The position numbers and the translations under genes are program-made. From NCBI GenBank assembly GCA_964493325.1, contig CAZBMD010000009.1, positions 1,121 to 65,120 on the forward strand: 64,000 nt of DNA, read 5' to 3'. The notes beneath the pieces were generated by a model. The model saw nothing but the letters and a program-made list of their open reading frames with translations. It was not told where the DNA came from and ran no database searches. Numbering within the stretch: position 1 is the first letter of the stretch; every line of letters begins with the position of its first letter. Source of the stretch: an uncultured Pseudomonadota bacterium. GTDB lineage: Bacteria; Babelota; Babeliae; Babelales; RVW-14. This document shows, in pieces, positions 52,603 to 61,277 of the stretch.

Positions 52603-53907
52603 TTAGGTTGCGCAGGTCCCCCACTTGATGAAAGAACATGAAAGATTGTCAACAGCTCGCACGTTGCAGGCAATTTTTTTATCTATCGGCCGACGTAACT
52701 GCTTCACAAAAATCTGAAGCTTCTCATCAAACGCCGTAGGATCAATCCCCCAGGAATCTTCTTCGCTTGACGTTGTCACAAAATAAAGCTCGTTGAATGA
52801 CAGCAACATGATACGGTTTTTTTCGTATGCAAAATCATCTTGGTTACAAAACCGACGATCAAAGACCACCGACCCCAGCAGCTTTTTTTGCCCATCGTAC
52901 AAAGTCCATGTGGTTTTTGAGGTGGGCAGATCTACCACTTTTTTGGTCGAAAGCTTTGCGGTAAATGGCGCATGCTCTTCGTAACCTGTACGTTTCATCA
53001 AAATCTTTTTTTTACCAAAGGTAAAGGTCATAACATCGCCAAGACCTGGGTTGGCATCGGTCTGTTTAATAAACCACAACCACTCATCTGCGTAATACTC
53101 CGGCTGAGAAGGGAGCATAGGATCAATAATTCTTATGTTATAAATACCCCGCTTGATAAGATGATAGATATCACAGCCACCGGCTATGTAGGTGATAGTC
53201 TTACCTTGATCAGCTTGTGCTTTGAGCGCTTTTAGACAATTTTCATTCCACGTCAGCCACCCCTGACCTGCAAGGTTGTCCCAGATTGTTGAGATTAAAA
53301 AGCGCCCAATCGGCCGATATTTATTTTGCGCCATTAACTTTCTGAACTGCAAAGACGTTGGCTCTGAGCAGCAATATTCAAAAAATCTGTTAGCAGCTGC
53401 AAATTTATACGGTACGGCACGATCCTTGCTCTCTTGAGCAAACAGTAGCTTCATAAAAGACCGATATTTAGCAATCAAATCAAGATAATCTGCCTTGTCT
53501 TCTTCTTTATCAATAGAAACTGACGAAAAAGCGTTATGGCGAAATTGCTTGATAAATGCAGGCATGTCAGATTCAATCTGCGGATACATTGTACAAAAAT
53601 GCTCCCGCAAAATCGCCGCATTAAGACTGGCATCGCCACCTGCCGATGCATCAAGATATCCCTTAAGCGAACCTAATTTGGACTGTTTGCTAAGCAAATT
53701 TTTAGATAATACCTTCACCTGTTTTTGATCTTTAAACTGGCTGATGTGACCAATATCAAGATCATCAAAAATGTTTTGAAAATACTTACTAGTTTCGTCA
53801 ATCCAATGAGCAAATACCTTGTCAGCTCGCTTAACCACCGCATCAATCCTTTCAAATAGACATGAAAAACAAATAAGTATCGTAAAAAACGTTATTTTCA
53901 AGATCAT
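52603..53907 (-). CDS. Orphan secreted protein (434 aa)
   Basis: GAGGAG lies 4 nt before the ATG at 53907. MILKITFFTILICFSCLFERIDA is a signal peptide. I cannot name a family. A weak Rossmann-like stretch is ITYIAGGCDIYHLIKRGIYNIRIIDP. Confidence 0.6.
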   Translation of the reverse strand: MILKITFFTILICFSCLFERIDAVVKRADKVFAHWIDETSKYFQNIFDDLDIGHISQFKDQKQVKVLSKNLLSKQSKLGSLKGYLDASAGGDASLNAAILREHFCTMYPQIESDMPAFIKQFRHNAFSSVSIDKEEDKADYLDLIAKYRSFMKLLFAQESKDRAVPYKFAAANRFFEYCCSEPTSLQFRKLMAQNKYRPIGRFLISTIWDNLAGQGWLTWNENCLKALKAQADQGKTITYIAGGCDIYHLIKRGIYNIRIIDPMLPSQPEYYADEWLWFIKQTDANPGLGDVMTFTFGKKKILMKRTGYEEHAPFTAKLSTKKVVDLPTSKTTWTLYDGQKKLLGSVVFDRRFCNQDDFAYEKNRIMLLSFNELYFVTTSSEEDSWGIDPTAFDEKLQIFVKQLRRPIDKKIACNVRAVDNLSCSFIKWGTCAT

Positions 53908-54143
53908 ATAACTCCTCACTACTTTGTACCCAAAACCCTTTTAGAATGACTATATCAAGAAAGAGCAGTTGTGGAAGAAAATTGCGATGGCTAAAAGTGA
54001 ATCATATAAAATATTTGTTTCGTGTCTTTTTAATGAATTTTTCGTATAATGGACTAGTAGGGATAAGCACGCGTGGCACGTACAACATTCGAACTCCACC
54101 CTATCTTCAACATGGCAAAACAGATCTAAAGAAAAGGATTCAC

Positions 54144-54623
54144 ATGAACAGCAACAATATATCCCTGTCTCTGGAACTCATTTGCCTAATGAACTGGCTT
54201 TTGAAACATGAGAAACAAGGACTGAACACGCTGATCAAGCAGGCAATCCAACACGGCTTTGCCAAAGAGCTTGAAAAGGTCGATACACAAAATTACACAC
54301 AAATTGCTGATGATCTTTATTCGACTATTTTAGATTTTTTACTTCATTTTGAAAAAGTGCTTCTTAAAAATATCGAAACTGTCCAACTGGACAGTATGAC
54401 TCAGAATGCAATTCTTCCAGCACTTGAAAGAATTGATATCGATAGCGTTGATGGCAAAACCTTGTGGCTGAGCATGCAACAGACCAAAGCTAAATTGGGA
54501 AAAAACGGTCAAACGACGGTAAAACCGGCTGAACTTACTGAAAAACAACAAGATCCAAAGGCTATATTTTTTGAGCAAATTATCAAAAATTGGAAGCCAA
54601 CCAAAGATGATCTCTTGAACTAA
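54144..54623 (+). CDS. Small orphan protein (159 aa)
   Basis: The ATG at 54144 follows AAAGGA. The longer track ORF from 53946 has an implausible N-terminus. Helical by eye, with no motifs. Confidence 0.45.
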   Translation: MNSNNISLSLELICLMNWLLKHEKQGLNTLIKQAIQHGFAKELEKVDTQNYTQIADDLYSTILDFLLHFEKVLLKNIETVQLDSMTQNAILPALERIDIDSVDGKTLWLSMQQTKAKLGKNGQTTVKPAELTEKQQDPKAIFFEQIIKNWKPTKDDLLN

Positions 54624-54625
54624 TT

Positions 54626-55249
54626 CTAGAATTTAAAATTCATAGCTTTCAGGGCCTTTCGCAATTCAAACAGCGGGAGGCCTTGAACACTTGTATAAGA
54701 CCCGTTCACTGATCTGACAAAGTACCCACCAAAGCCTTCAATCATCGCTCCACCTGCAGCACTGAGTGCGGCGGGAAAATGCTCATAATAAAAATCAATC
54801 TCATCTGCTTCAACAACAAATTCAACTAAAGAGGTTGTTGTCCAGTGATGCGCAAGTTCGACCCGCCACGCCCCTTGCTCAAAAACCATTTTTTCAACGC
54901 AGCAGCCAGTCACTACCTCAGCCTGTTCTTTGGCTAGTGTTTGTAACATCTGTCTGCCATGCTCTTTGTCGCGAGGTTTCCCAAAAATTTGTAAGGACGT
55001 TGCACTACGAACCAGTGTATCGGCTGTCAGAACAAACAAATAATCTAATCCGACACTTTCGCGCGAAGGCAAGATGGTTGTTCGCATTTTGTCACTAGCG
55101 ATGCTCAGCACATGAGCCTGAAAGTCATGAGGACTTTCGATGCCACACTCATCACTTGCATGAGCAAGTAATTTGTATGAGATTCCAACGGTTTCTAGAA
55201 GACTTTTTCGTGATGGAGATTGAGAAGCAAGATATAAAATATCACTCAT
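54626..55249 (-). CDS. maf: Maf-family nucleoside triphosphate pyrophosphatase
   Basis: ILYLASQSPSRKSLLETVGISYKL, ADTLV, and GAMIEGFGGYFVRSVNGSYTSVQGLPL (Maf C-terminal motif). Confidence 0.85.
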   Translation of the reverse strand: MSDILYLASQSPSRKSLLETVGISYKLLAHASDECGIESPHDFQAHVLSIASDKMRTTILPSRESVGLDYLFVLTADTLVRSATSLQIFGKPRDKEHGRQMLQTLAKEQAEVVTGCCVEKMVFEQGAWRVELAHHWTTTSLVEFVVEADEIDFYYEHFPAALSAAGGAMIEGFGGYFVRSVNGSYTSVQGLPLFELRKALKAMNFKF

Positions 55250-55251
55250 GA

Positions 55252-56442
55252 TTAAATTTTTTCCCAGTTGCCAGTAAAATGCTGCGTTACTTTGCCTTCA
55301 AGCTGCAGCTCAAACAATCTATTTTGTAATTCAACAATACTAAAACCGGTCATTGCACAAAGCTCATCAAGCGTGCAAGCCCGTGACAACGCGGCAAGAA
55401 TTGGATCCAGCTCTGCAGTGGAGGAAAAATTAAGTGATTGTTGTTGATCAGCTTTGCGAAATGCCGCAGCGCCAATAAACATTTGCTTACTAAAATGTTC
55501 ACTAAATTCTTCAAAGATATCTTGTGGATTTTGGACCAGCTTTGCGCCCTGTTTGATAAGGCTGTGACAACCAAGGCTGAGTTCTTCGTAAATTGATCCG
55601 GGTACTGCAAAAACCTGTCGCCCATTTTCGAGCGCAAATTGAGCTGTAATAAGCGCACCACTTTTTTCGGCCGCTTGAATAATCAAACACCCTTGACTAA
55701 GTCCAGCAATAATTCGGTTGCGTGCGGGGAAGTTGCCTCTGTCGGGCGGCATGGTCATTGGAAACGATGAAATAACACTACCACCGCTACGCGCGATGTC
55801 TTCAAATAACCGTTCGTTGGACGCTGGGTACGGACACAAAAGGCCTGAACCAAGCACAGCAACTGTTACACCACCACAATCGAGTGATGCTCCATGCGCC
55901 ATGGTATCAGCACCCTCGGCGCCACCACTGACAATGTGCCACTGGTTAGCAACAAGCGCAGGAACCAAATACTGGACAGTTCTGTGTGCATAATCAGTAG
56001 CTTTGCGCGAACCGACAATTGCAATCCGTTTTGCAGCCGGGGCAAGAGACGCTCCCTTTACATACAAAACAACGGGAGGAAGATGAATTTGTTTTAAAGT
56101 TTCTGGATATTCAGGATTAAACAAGGTTACCAAAGCGACATCATGTTTTTTGATGAGTGCACATTCTTCATCAAGAAGACTTTGATCTGCAAGCCCATCA
56201 GCTAAAGTCTTTGCAGCCTTTTCACTCAATCCAATCATCTTTCCCAAATCAAACGGTGAAAGATCATAGACAAGACCCAAATTAAATGAGTCTTGCTGAT
56301 TGATAATTTCCATGAGATCACTGCCACGCAGATCTGGGAAAGTTTGGTCAAAAACCGCTTTAACAAGCCGTAAAACGGTTCCCGGGCCAACACCTGAGAT
56401 TAATGAAAGATGCAATAAAACTTTATCATTGCCTTGTATCAT
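55252..56442 (-). CDS. dprA: DNA-processing protein DprA (Smf)
   Basis: IAIVGSRKATDYAHRTVQYLVPALVANQWHIVSGGAEGADTMAHGASLD, NFPARNRIIAGLSQGCLIIQAAEKSGALITAQFALENGRQVFAVPGSI, and a C-terminal winged-helix-like tail. Confidence 0.9.
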   Translation of the reverse strand: MIQGNDKVLLHLSLISGVGPGTVLRLVKAVFDQTFPDLRGSDLMEIINQQDSFNLGLVYDLSPFDLGKMIGLSEKAAKTLADGLADQSLLDEECALIKKHDVALVTLFNPEYPETLKQIHLPPVVLYVKGASLAPAAKRIAIVGSRKATDYAHRTVQYLVPALVANQWHIVSGGAEGADTMAHGASLDCGGVTVAVLGSGLLCPYPASNERLFEDIARSGGSVISSFPMTMPPDRGNFPARNRIIAGLSQGCLIIQAAEKSGALITAQFALENGRQVFAVPGSIYEELSLGCHSLIKQGAKLVQNPQDIFEEFSEHFSKQMFIGAAAFRKADQQQSLNFSSTAELDPILAALSRACTLDELCAMTGFSIVELQNRLFELQLEGKVTQHFTGNWEKI

Positions 56443-56619
56443 ACAATATTCATACCAATGTTATAAAATCGACAGATTTTTTTGACAACTATTTTTTTCT
56501 ATCGAAAATAAAAATTTTGCCTAACACAAATAGCCTTGGCGAAATATAGAAGCCGATAATTCGATAAACATCTTCTGTTCTTTGGAAGATCCACTTTGTT
56601 TATAAAAAAACTACTTGCA

Positions 56620-56652
56620 GGATGTCATCCCTGACTTGATCAGGGATGACAT
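56620..56652. repeat. Palindromic repeat family, copy D (intact minimal unit); likely doubles as the gyrA terminator hairpin
   Basis: ATGTCATCCCTGA-cttga-TCAGGGATGACAT is a 13-bp perfect stem. It lies 9 nt after the gyrA stop, and the minus strand continues ...CCTGCAAGTAGTTTTTTTTATAAAC. Confidence 0.8.
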
Positions 56653-56660
56653 TAAAGAAT

Positions 56661-59279
56661 CTATTCTTCTTCAGATGAACCATCATCTTGCACAGCAGCA
56701 TCATCACCATCCACAAGCTCTATGCTTTCATCTTCTAATGCTGTGAAAACAGCACCATCCGGTCTAGCTTCTTGCGACGGCTGTCCCGTAACAATTGCAT
56801 CTGACGTGCCATCCTCTAAATCATCATCACCGTTGGAACCATCAAAGGCAACCAGCGCAGACAATGTCTGCCCGGGGTCTAATCGGACCAAGCGAACCCC
56901 CTTGGCTTGACGACCCATAGTGCGCACTTCTTGAGGAGACAGACGAATCATTTTGCCATTAGTGTCGATGAGCAGGATATGCGATTCATCACTCACACGC
57001 TCAAGGCCTATCACAAAACCATTGCGGGTATCGGTTGGAATAGTACGAACTCCAAGCCCGCCACGATGAGCAACACGGAAGTCTGCAACGCGTACGCGCT
57101 TACCATATCCACGCGATGTTGCAAATAAAAGATCACTGGATTCTGGAATAACTTCAAGACCGACAACTTGGTCATCGTCACGCAGCGAGATACCGCGAAC
57201 ACCAGCTGCTTGGCGACCCATTGCTCGTACTTCAGTTTCTTTGAAGTGAATTCCCTGTCCATGCTTTGTTGCAATGACAATTGAATCATCGCCGTTGCTG
57301 ATTGCACAAAATGCAAGTTCATCGCCGTCGTGCAAGTTGATTGCTCGAATACCGGTACTGCGAATTTTGGCAAAAGCCATTGCTTCAGTTTTTTTAATCA
57401 CACCTTTTTTGGTGATCATAACTAAGAATTTATTTTCCATATCTCGTGTACATAACAGTTTTACCACACGTTCGCCATCGGTCAGATTGAGCAAGTTAAC
57501 AATTGCTCGACCTTTTGCAGTTCTGCTGCCTTCGGGAACCTGAAACACGGTCATGCTGTAGATGCGACCAAAGTTAGTGAAGAACAATAATTCGTCATGG
57601 TTTTTTGCAACAAATGCATCTTCCATCAAATCATCTGATTCTTCAAGATCGGCCATTCCTTTTTTACCCTTGCCTCCACGATGTTGTACCGTGTAGGTTT
57701 CGAGCAACACCCGCTTGATGTAACCTTTGCGGGTCAGCGTTACAACTACATCTTCGTCAGGAATAAGATCAGCTTCGCTCAAGCTATCAATTGGACCTTC
57801 GATACGCGTCTTGCGTGGATCTGCGTAGGCCGCCTTAACTGCTTCAAGCTCTTTGATTATTTCTTGTTTAAGTTCCTGAGGGTCATTAAGGATAAGCTCT
57901 AGTTTGGTAATAATTTTTTTAAGATCTTCAATTTCAGCGTACAATTTCTCACGCTCAAGACCGGTCAAACGTTGCAATCTCATTTCTAAAATTGCTTTAC
58001 CCTGTTCAGCACTCAAGTTGAACTGAGCATTGAGTAGCTCCATAGCCTGCTCTGGCGAATCGGATTTTTTAATCAATGTCACCATCTCGTCAATATGAGA
58101 AACAGCTACAATCAGGCCCTGAACAATGTGCGCTCGAGCATGATGCTTGGCAAGATCAAATTCAGTACGCTTGGTGATAATCTCTTTGCGATGAAGCAAA
58201 AAGTGTTCAATGGTTTCGCGCAGGGTGAAAAACATTGGACGGTTTTGATACAATGCAAGCATGATGATTGACATCGATGTTTGCAGCGAGGTGTGCTTGT
58301 AAAGCTGATTTAAAATCACGCTTGGAACTTCGCCTCGGCGTAATTCAATAACTACTCGAATGCCATCACGGGCAGATTCGTCACGAATATTTGAAATGCC
58401 TTCAATAACTTTATTTTTAACAAGGTCAGCAATTTTTGTTATCAAATCTGCTTTGTTCACCTGATATGGCAACTCGGTAATAATAAGCGCTGAATGGCGT
58501 TTATCTTCTTCAATATCAACAACCCCGCGCATAATTACTTGTCCATGGCCAGTTCGGTATGCTTTGACAATGCCTGCTCGACCACAAATAATGCCACCAG
58601 TTGGAAAATCGGGCGCAGGAACAATTTCGAACAACCGTTCTTCAGAAAGAGCTGGATTCTTGAGAATCTCGATGCAGGCCGTTACCACTTCACCCAAGTT
58701 GTGCGGAGGTACTGATGTGGCCATACCCACAGCAATGCCGGTAGATCCGTTAACCAGAAGGTTTGGAATTTTGCTTGGTAGGAGTGTTGGCTCTGTACGC
58801 GATTCGTCAAAGTTGGGAACAAAATAGACCGTATCTTTTTCGATATCAGCAAGTAGATCGCGAGCCATTTTGGTCATGCGAACTTCGGTATATCGCATTG
58901 CTGCTGCGTTGTCTCCGTCAATCGAACCCCAGTTACCCTGACCATCAAGCAGTGGATACCGTTTAGAAAACGTTTGTACCATGCCGACCATAGATTGATA
59001 AATTGCAGAATCACCGTGCGGGTGATAGTTACCAATGACCTCACCGACCACAGTTGCAGATTTACGCGGTGCACGCTCATAGTAGTAACCCAGCTTATGC
59101 ATGGCATACAAAATGCGGCGATGAACAGGCTTGAGCCCGTCACGCACATCCGGGAGAGCTCTGCTGACGATCACTGACATTGCATAGTCAAGAAATGCGG
59201 TCTTTAACTCTTTTTCAATCGAAAGCCCTAAAACACCGGGTACTTTGGTGCCATCAGATGGTACATTATTTATCGACAT
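56661..59279 (-). CDS. gyrA: DNA gyrase subunit A
   Basis: [44 protein letters not shown] (QRDR), active-site AAMRYTE, the GyrA-box region, six beta-pinwheel repeats, and an acidic tail. The ATG at 59279 is preferred over the TTG at 59300. Confidence 0.96.
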   Translation of the reverse strand: MSINNVPSDGTKVPGVLGLSIEKELKTAFLDYAMSVIVSRALPDVRDGLKPVHRRILYAMHKLGYYYERAPRKSATVVGEVIGNYHPHGDSAIYQSMVGMVQTFSKRYPLLDGQGNWGSIDGDNAAAMRYTEVRMTKMARDLLADIEKDTVYFVPNFDESRTEPTLLPSKIPNLLVNGSTGIAVGMATSVPPHNLGEVVTACIEILKNPALSEERLFEIVPAPDFPTGGIICGRAGIVKAYRTGHGQVIMRGVVDIEEDKRHSALIITELPYQVNKADLITKIADLVKNKVIEGISNIRDESARDGIRVVIELRRGEVPSVILNQLYKHTSLQTSMSIIMLALYQNRPMFFTLRETIEHFLLHRKEIITKRTEFDLAKHHARAHIVQGLIVAVSHIDEMVTLIKKSDSPEQAMELLNAQFNLSAEQGKAILEMRLQRLTGLEREKLYAEIEDLKKIITKLELILNDPQELKQEIIKELEAVKAAYADPRKTRIEGPIDSLSEADLIPDEDVVVTLTRKGYIKRVLLETYTVQHRGGKGKKGMADLEESDDLMEDAFVAKNHDELLFFTNFGRIYSMTVFQVPEGSRTAKGRAIVNLLNLTDGERVVKLLCTRDMENKFLVMITKKGVIKKTEAMAFAKIRSTGIRAINLHDGDELAFCAISNGDDSIVIATKHGQGIHFKETEVRAMGRQAAGVRGISLRDDDQVVGLEVIPESSDLLFATSRGYGKRVRVADFRVAHRGGLGVRTIPTDTRNGFVIGLERVSDESHILLIDTNGKMIRLSPQEVRTMGRQAKGVRLVRLDPGQTLSALVAFDGSNGDDDLEDGTSDAIVTGQPSQEARPDGAVFTALEDESIELVDGDDAAVQDDGSSEEE

Positions 59280-59311
59280 CCGCATCCCTTTCTTGCGCAA
59301 TCATGATTTTT

Positions 59312-59345
59312 TTTAACTCGTGCGACACTTGTTTAACTCGTGCGA
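59312..59345 (-). promoter_or_regulatory. Two perfect 14-nt direct repeats, 20 nt apart, upstream of gyrA
   Basis: TTTAACTCGTGCGA occurs at 59312-59325 and again at 59332-59345, 33-66 nt upstream of the gyrA ATG. Function unknown. Confidence 0.3.
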
Positions 59346-59456
59346 AACGTACGGTGATTTTTACTGAATTTTGTAGCTTCTAAGCATACTGTGGATTATC
59401 CTAGATGGCAAGAATTGGCAGCACAAACAGGCCTTTACCGCAATATCTCAGCTTCT

Positions 59457-60026
59457 TTACCAAGATCCAGATTCGCCCTGCATTCTTAGTGCCTGAAAAA
59501 TATTGTCCGCTGTTTTATTTTTTTTAATCCCATCTTTGATAATATTAATTTCTGCATCAAAGAGCTTAATATCAGCCTCATTATCCCATACTCGAGCTTG
59601 TTCCCGCTTCCATTTTCGCAATTCAATTTGACGTTCCAGGTTTTTATCATTTACATCGAACCCGGCTATTTTTTTTCCAAGCAGATCGTGCTCTTGCTGA
59701 AGCCTATTATCAGCACCAACACAAGAACCCTTTATTTGTTCAAGATCTTTTTCAAATGCGTCCAACTGCCGTGAGCCATTATTTTTAATTGTATAATCCA
59801 AAAGCAAAACCCCGCCTACCACTACACCAGCTGCAAGAGCACATACTATCAGCTTTTTTTTATGATTTTGGAAAAATATCTTTTTCTCAAATTGCACATC
59901 ATTCTCAATCATAGTGGCATTAAGACTAGCCTCTGCCTCTTGTTTTTCAGCAACATCGGCGCTCGTAGCATGAAGCTGCGCTACAATCGTAAGCACAAAA
60001 AACCCCTGCATAATTCTTCTTAACAT
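59457..60026 (-). CDS. Orphan membrane-anchored coiled-coil protein (189 aa)
   Basis: Signal-like MLRRIMQGFFVLTIVAQLHATSA, a TM segment LIVCALAAGVVVGGVLLL, then a charged heptad-like C-terminal half. Confidence 0.5.
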   Translation of the reverse strand: MLRRIMQGFFVLTIVAQLHATSADVAEKQEAEASLNATMIENDVQFEKKIFFQNHKKKLIVCALAAGVVVGGVLLLDYTIKNNGSRQLDAFEKDLEQIKGSCVGADNRLQQEHDLLGKKIAGFDVNDKNLERQIELRKWKREQARVWDNEADIKLFDAEINIIKDGIKKNKTADNIFQALRMQGESGSW

Positions 60027-60113
60027 AAACGTCCCGTATAAATATTTAACTATTAATCTATCTTTTATAATGAGACAACATTATTACACACTTTTTAGAA
60101 AACGTAATCCTGA

Positions 60114-60578
60114 TTACCTCAAAAACATTGCTCCAACAACAATCCAAGCCATAAATCCGGCAAGCACATCATCGAGCATAATACCAAGGCCACCGTACAC
60201 TCTACGCTCAAGAATATTAATGGGAAATGGTTTAACAATATCAAAAAGACGAAATACCACGAATGCGGAAGCGTACACAATCACACTTTTTGGCATGATA
60301 AAAAGCGTAATCATCATCCCAACCAACTCATCTATGACAATGCATGATGGATCATTCTTTTGGAGCTGTTTTGCATGACGGTCTGCAGCCCACCAGCCAA
60401 TTAAAAATAAAACGACTATAGCCCCAAGATAAACATACCACGCAACCGTTGGCAGTAAAAATAGCCCCAATACGGTCACCAAGCTACCACAGGATCCGGG
60501 CATTATAGAACTGTGTCCAACAAAAAAAAGCGTTGCCATCACTTGAGCGATTTTATTTATTATCCCAACCATCAGCAA
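60114..60578 (-). CDS. pgpA: Phosphatidylglycerophosphatase A
   Basis: FFVGHSSIMPGSCGSL...DPSCIVIDELVGMM...FRLFDIVKPFPI...GGLGIMLDDVLAGF. These are PgpA signature segments. Confidence 0.85.
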   Translation of the reverse strand: MLMVGIINKIAQVMATLFFVGHSSIMPGSCGSLVTVLGLFLLPTVAWYVYLGAIVVLFLIGWWAADRHAKQLQKNDPSCIVIDELVGMMITLFIMPKSVIVYASAFVVFRLFDIVKPFPINILERRVYGGLGIMLDDVLAGFMAWIVVGAMFLR

Positions 60579-61123
60579 CTCCCTCGCAAGTAATCAAACC
60601 CAGAGTAGACGGTTAGCACCACAACACAAAAAACCATAATTTTTGCAGCAGCGGCAACAGCAAGGTACCATACAGCTTGATTATGCTGACCAAGTAACAA
60701 GCAAAAAAACATCAAATAAAGAGCTATAAATTGAAGGAATGTTTTGCTTTTTGCTAACAAGGATGTCTCAAGCGGCTTGACGCCAGACATTTTTACAACG
60801 CGTAAACCAGTAATCAGGACATCACGCGCTACAACAATTAATACCGCCCACAGAGGAACAAAGCCAAGAATTGAAAATGAAAGAAGCGCCGTACAAACCA
60901 ATATTTTGTCTGCAATAGGATCGAGAAAAGCTCCCCACAAAGATGATGCTGCATAGCGACGGGCATAGTACCCATCAAAAAGATCGGTCAAAGCTGCCGC
61001 AGAAAAAATGACCAGCGAGGTAAAAACATATGGCTCTCCTAAAAAAAGCGTCCATACAAATAGAGGGGTCAGAATAATGCGCAAAATAGAAAGAAAGTTA
61101 GGGACCGTTAATAATCTGTCCAC
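60572..61123 (-). CDS. pgsA: CDP-diacylglycerol--glycerol-3-phosphate 3-phosphatidyltransferase
   Basis: TVPNFLSILRIILTP, then DLFDGYYARRYAASSLWGAFLDPIADKI. It overlaps pgpA by 7 nt, so the two are probably an operon. Confidence 0.85.
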   Translation of the reverse strand: MDRLLTVPNFLSILRIILTPLFVWTLFLGEPYVFTSLVIFSAAALTDLFDGYYARRYAASSLWGAFLDPIADKILVCTALLSFSILGFVPLWAVLIVVARDVLITGLRVVKMSGVKPLETSLLAKSKTFLQFIALYLMFFCLLLGQHNQAVWYLAVAAAAKIMVFCVVVLTVYSGFDYLRGSC

Positions 61124-61145
61124 AAAAAGGCTCCAAACAAGCGGC

Positions 61146-61184
61146 TAAAGAAAAAGCCGTTCGCGATATAATCAGAAGAACGGC
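61146..61184 (-). terminator. Candidate terminator of the beta-helix protein gene
   Basis: The minus strand reads GCCGTTC-(15-nt loop)-GAACGGC followed by TTTTTCTTT. The stem is short and the loop is large. Confidence 0.4.
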
Positions 61185-61277
61185 ATAATAATATCAAACA
61201 CGGCCTTAGTATAAGCCTGTTTTTGAGAAGCGTGAATTACCTATAGCTAAAATTCAATGTTTAGCACAACGTTAAAA

